Of a DNA stretch of 64,000 bases, positions 59,312 to 64,000 are shown piece after piece. Position numbers and translations under genes: made by a program. Location of the stretch: the NCBI GenBank assembly GCA_964016885.1, contig OZ024741.1:184202001-184266000 (forward strand), given 5' to 3'. The notes under the pieces were generated by a model. That model worked only from the letters and a program-made list of their open reading frames with translations. It made no database searches and was not told where the DNA came from. The DNA comes from Eledone cirrhosa. Taxonomy: Eukaryota. How positions within the stretch are numbered: position 1 is the first letter of the stretch; each line of letters starts with the position of its first letter.

Positions 59312-59920
59312 TATGTTATATATGTGTGTGTTAATCGATTACATCGAGCCCCAAAATGATTTCATTATGTGACTTATTTTACCGATCTCTATTTGTAGAA
59401 ATTGTACGATATGTTTTTTTTACACATCTCCGTTTACGCTCTTTCAAACGGCATGTTTTTAATTAAATACGAACATGGACACAGATAGACAGACATATAT
59501 ATGACGGGCGTCAGTATAAGTTTGTATCATAGGCTTCAGGTCTTCACAATGCGAACAGCCAATCAAAGCATGTCAACATACATTATGTGTAATATAGTCA
59601 GTAATTTAATAGACATCTTTATAGAGAAGGGAATCTGGGAATCCCTACATAACCGTTCAATATGCTAGAAATATCAACCAAATCTCATTCGATAATCCCT
59701 CTATTGCTGTAAAACTCTAATGAAACATTAGAGAAATTAATCCTAGTTATACAAAATGGTCTGCCCGGAGTGCCTTTGATTAGGAGTCTGTTCGACGAGG
59801 GCTGACGCTTATCTAAACAAGAATAAACATCTAAATAAGCTGCTCTTTTATTTTAAATTTAAAAGCGTAAAAAGTACCAGAATATAGAGAACATCATAAA
59901 TACACGTTGGCTGCGATTCA

Positions 59921-61087
59921 TCTATACATATATATAAAACTGTAGTTGTGTGTGTGTGTGTCCTCATTTTTGCAAAGTCTATACAAATTCACATTTCTAC
60001 TCCGATTGACTTCAAACTTGCATTTATATTTTCCTTGCGGTCTAAAGGTATTAACTGCAGATTTTATTTTTCAATTTTCTGTTGTTAAAGGGGTGTTAGG
60101 GGCTGGTTATCGATCTCTGTCGCGCCCTTATAATATCTGTCTGTATGTCTGGCTATCTGCATTACGACATTATGACAAACATTGATGACGTATTATGCTC
60201 GCTATTTTCCGTTCATTGCCAGGGAACCTTTTCACGAACCAAAGTATCGTCTTCCTGTTTTCTTTCGGCTGCAAAGTTTTACGAAATATTTACGTCTGCG
60301 GTCACAGATTGATATTTTTAGTTTCAGAAGATCCCGTTAAGGGTGTAAGCAGCGATTCTTTGCTTAAACTGTAATCTGTTATTATAATATATAATATAAG
60401 CGAGGCAAGCCAGGCAAGTTGCCACTTCTTGCCAATAAACATTAACCCTTTGTGCGCCATTCATCTTATTGTAGACCAACAAATACCAACTAAACGGAGC
60501 GTTGACAAGAACGATGGCGAATGAATCTTCGAGGTAAGCAGTTTCCTCCTGAGCTGTTAGTTCACGCGGGATTCTCTGCTACACCTTTTCGTAATAATAC
60601 CGAACAACGTACTGCTGGTCACTCCCTCGTCCAAAAGCCGTAGAAAGCGGACATGTGCATCGGGCAGATGGATCAGGTGCAAATCTACACCAGGCCTACG
60701 CGAGAAATTCGCAAGAGACTGCAGCGACAGGGATAGAGAAAAAGAGTATTCGTGAAAAGAGTACGAATGAACTTTTGAGGTAAGTAGCCTACGCCTTACT
60801 GCTATTGCACTGGAACCTTCTGCCAACTTAACCTGTGACTTTCTCTTTCACATTTACTCAAATAGGCCACAGAGGAGTATGAAGAGAAGGGGCTCAACAA
60901 TATTTCTATGAACAATGCACGTAAACAGCTAAACTGTACTTTCAACTTCTTAATTTTTTCCAAATAAAACAAGTTTCCTGTCGGTATATTTTCCTGAGTT
61001 TTTAACAGGCACTCACAAATAAACGTTTCTCATTGGAGGTGCTATTACCAATGTTCTTACCCGTGCAACGCCGAGATACACTGATAG
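59921..61087 (+). mobile_element. Non-autonomous Helitron-like element
   Basis: A|TCTATAC.. 5' end with tatataaaa and (TG)n; 3' cccgtgcaacgcc..ATAG|T (CTAG in the 36.9-kb copy); no TSD. Confidence 0.6.
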
Positions 61088-61401
61088 TATATATATACAA
61101 ATTATAAGTGAAAAAGCACAGAAGTATATTTAAAGATTATCTTTTCTTTAATCCGAGAGAATGAATAATTGTTGCATTAAGTAGATTTAAATTCTTTTCA
61201 AATATTATTGGTTTCGATTGGTATATCAATGTTATCAATATTAAATAATAAATATAAAAAAAGTATTTTCATATATTCTGTGAGCAGTTTGAATATATAT
61301 GAATTTTCTGTCAAAATTCCTTTATATATATATTCTTTATGGAGGTGCGGTGGTGAAGGTGGAAGTGGGGTTCAACAAGTCAGGTTTCATTCAATTCACT
61401 T

Positions 61402-61728
61402 GGTTATGGCTTAGTGGTTAGAGGGTCGAGATTACAATCGTGAGGTTGTGAGTTCGATTCTTAGAACTGGCTTTGCTTTGAGTTCTTGAGCAAGACAGTT
61501 TATTTCATGTTGCTCCAGTTCACTCAGCTGTAGAAATGAGTTGCGACGTCACTGGTGCCAAGTTGTATTGGCTTTTCCTTTCACTTGGACAACATTGGTG
61601 GTATGGAGGAAGGAGACTGGTATGCATCGGCGACTACTGGTCTACAAACACCATTGCCCGGACTTGTGCCCCGGAGGGGAACTTTGTAGGTGCAAATCCC
61701 ATGGTCATTCGTGAGCGAAGGGCGTCTT
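61402..61728 (+). mobile_element. Second tRNA-derived SINE family (CORE-like)
   Basis: A box tggcttagtggtta; B box gagttcgattc; then cttgagcaagaca..cagctgtagaaatgag. Decayed relatives near 19410-19545(-), 29715-29870 and 45650-45800(-). Confidence 0.75.
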
Positions 61729-64000
61729 CACACTTGGTTATAATACAAAAATCTTTTACTATTCAAAATAATGGCCCAAATAGTATTTTGGTCAGTGTTT
61801 TCAGGGTTTGTGAAAGGAACAAAAAAAAAAAAACGTATGTTAAGATGTTAAGAGTGGTTGTAGAATTTTCCTTTTGTCTTGTGGTGCGCGCGTGTGTGTG
61901 TGGGGGGGGGGTATGTGTGTGTGTGTATGTGTGTGAGTAACCCTTCTGTCAAGAGATCATGATTATATTTAGGGTTTGCAGATAAATGCAAGGGTAAACA
62001 TATGAATGCAAATATCAGTAGAAACACGATTGAAAGGGGTGCAAAGGATAGGTTTATGAAGGATTTGTTGAAGAGAAGGAAAACAAAAAAAGGTAGGAAG
62101 AAAAGAAAGAGAAAAAGAAAGAAGAAAAGGAAGGGTATAAAGGCTTTTAGTAGAGGTTTCTTCGGAGATATGATTTTTCCTTTCATCTTCATAAACCCAT
62201 CCTTTGTCCCCACCCCAATGTAGAGAGAAACTGCGTTGAAGTTCTTTTGTATATATATATATACATATATATGTGTGTGTGTGCGTTTCTTCGCAGATGT
62301 CTAAAACTGGGAAACCGATTCCTGCTTAGCGTCAGAAATGCACTGGACCAGCCGTTTGCCTGTTGAAAGTCTGTAACCACCAATGCTAATGTTTATGAGA
62401 TGTCATATAGAATAACAGAAGAAGAAACAAAGAAAAAGGATAAGTTCGGAATATTTTCTGGTTAGATACGTAATTATCTGAAAAGAACAGATGTGAATAT
62501 TTTGTTCAAGAACACAAATGAAGTATTTAGCATCTGTCAAGCTTTCGTTCCTCAGCCACGTATTCATATATAATTCTTCACAGCTTCGCATGGCAGCCGC
62601 TAGATGTCGTGTCATTCACAGCAAGTAATCATTTGCGATAACATAATATTTTTAATCAGTATTTTTGCATTTGTTTCCATGTCAGTTTGGGTGTAGGTGT
62701 AAAGTGTTTTATTGGACTAATTGCCTTTCCTTATATCAATTTTACAGTTGGATGATTTGTCTACGTTCCATGATTTAACTCTGAATTAGTAGTGTGAAAT
62801 TTGAAGGAGATTTTGCTGCCATAACTTGAATGGCTACGTTGCTGCGACAGCCGCAGCGATCCCAGCAATAACAACAGCAACAACAGCAAGAACATAACTG
62901 TGAATTCGTGGGTGCGTCTACGGGATTGCTGGATCCAATAAAAATAGCCACCAAATTTTCTTCAAATTACACCCCATTGTTTTTAACAAAAGAACACATG
63001 GGATAATACTAGGCCAGAGGAAAAATAAATGACATGTTAGTCAGAAAAGTAACACATTTAATTGTAGGCCTATCAGATCTGTGACCTAATCTGGACAAAA
63101 TGACCACTGCAAGTTAACGTCACTGTGAGCCACTGATGAAAGTTTTACGTAGTCTCTCGACCTGCTAGAAATAACAGCCAAATTTCTCTCAGATATCGAT
63201 CACTTGTTCTTAATACGGAAAGTGCACACAATTTCTAGCATTGATTGAAGGTGAAATATTGTGGAGCGAGAAGTAACAATTAATTAAATCGACCTCATTA
63301 CTTCACAAGTCCTTATTTTGACGACCAACGGAAGAGGACGTTAAAGTTGATCAGGATAGGATTTTAACTCCAAAGAACGTAAAGGGCCGTAACTGAATGA
63401 TCTCTTATCGATCCAGGAAATATTTGAACAAAAAACGAATAATCAATCTTTAATCATTCCCATGCTGCGCCGCATATCCGTTTGTCCACGCCCTCCATAT
63501 CTGTCCTAAAATATTCTGCGTGATGTTTCGTCCATACATGGCATGTCTTCCTCTGGACTGCTTGGGTTTTCCTTTGTTTTTTTCAAACGGTTTCTGTAGC
63601 AAGAGTATTTCTTATGGGGAAATCCTGTCAGCCTCTAGTTCGACTCAAGGGCTTAGGACCACCTGACATTCACATTTAAATGACAATAACAAGACTGGAG
63701 ATCGACAGATTTAGAGAGAAGGGGTGCACGGGGTGGAAAAGGCAGAGGTAGTCGTAAATTGACCCCAGAACCTGATTTTATCGGCATTGGAAGAATGAAA
63801 TGCGAAGTAGAATTGGAATCAGGAACAAAAACCTTATGGAATTCGTCCAAGCGCTAACCCACATGCTGATCCGGATGTCTAAAATATGTACAAAGCTTCA
63901 AATCTATGCGAAGATGTATAGATATAGGTACTTTATGTATATATATATAGGTACTTTATTTTATCGACCCCGTTAAAACGAAATGCAAAGTTGATTTCAG

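Overview
AT-rich, repeat-saturated eukaryotic DNA with no recognisable host gene. An octopus/cephalopod origin is my inference from the SINE family and the extreme (TA)n/(CA)n load. Almost all listed ORFs are microsatellite translations. The real coding remnants are: a near-complete but frameshifted Penelope-like retroelement (RT plus C-terminal GIY-YIG, probably Naiad-type) arranged as a 2.6-kb inverted repeat (9847-16138); a second, GC-rich, 5'-truncated relative (4795-8362); a third GIY-YIG stub; and two RTE-like LINE fragments. The window also holds tRNA-derived SINEs, Tc1/mariner-type MITEs, a non-autonomous Helitron, minisatellites, a 200-N gap and a 2.03-kb tandem duplication. Reading by eye, the short islands between microsatellites carry about 30 hammerhead-ribozyme (HHR) motifs from 10 or more families. 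These include non-coding 450-550 nt HHR units with Penelope-like tandem/inverted architecture, and families fixed for non-canonical cores. The most unusual signal is two independent motifs (25349-25421 minus, 22047-22110 plus) in which the three hammerhead core strands occur in reversed cyclic order, i.e. candidate non-circularly permuted, pseudoknotted hammerheads. All RNA structures were paired manually; none has been computed or tested.
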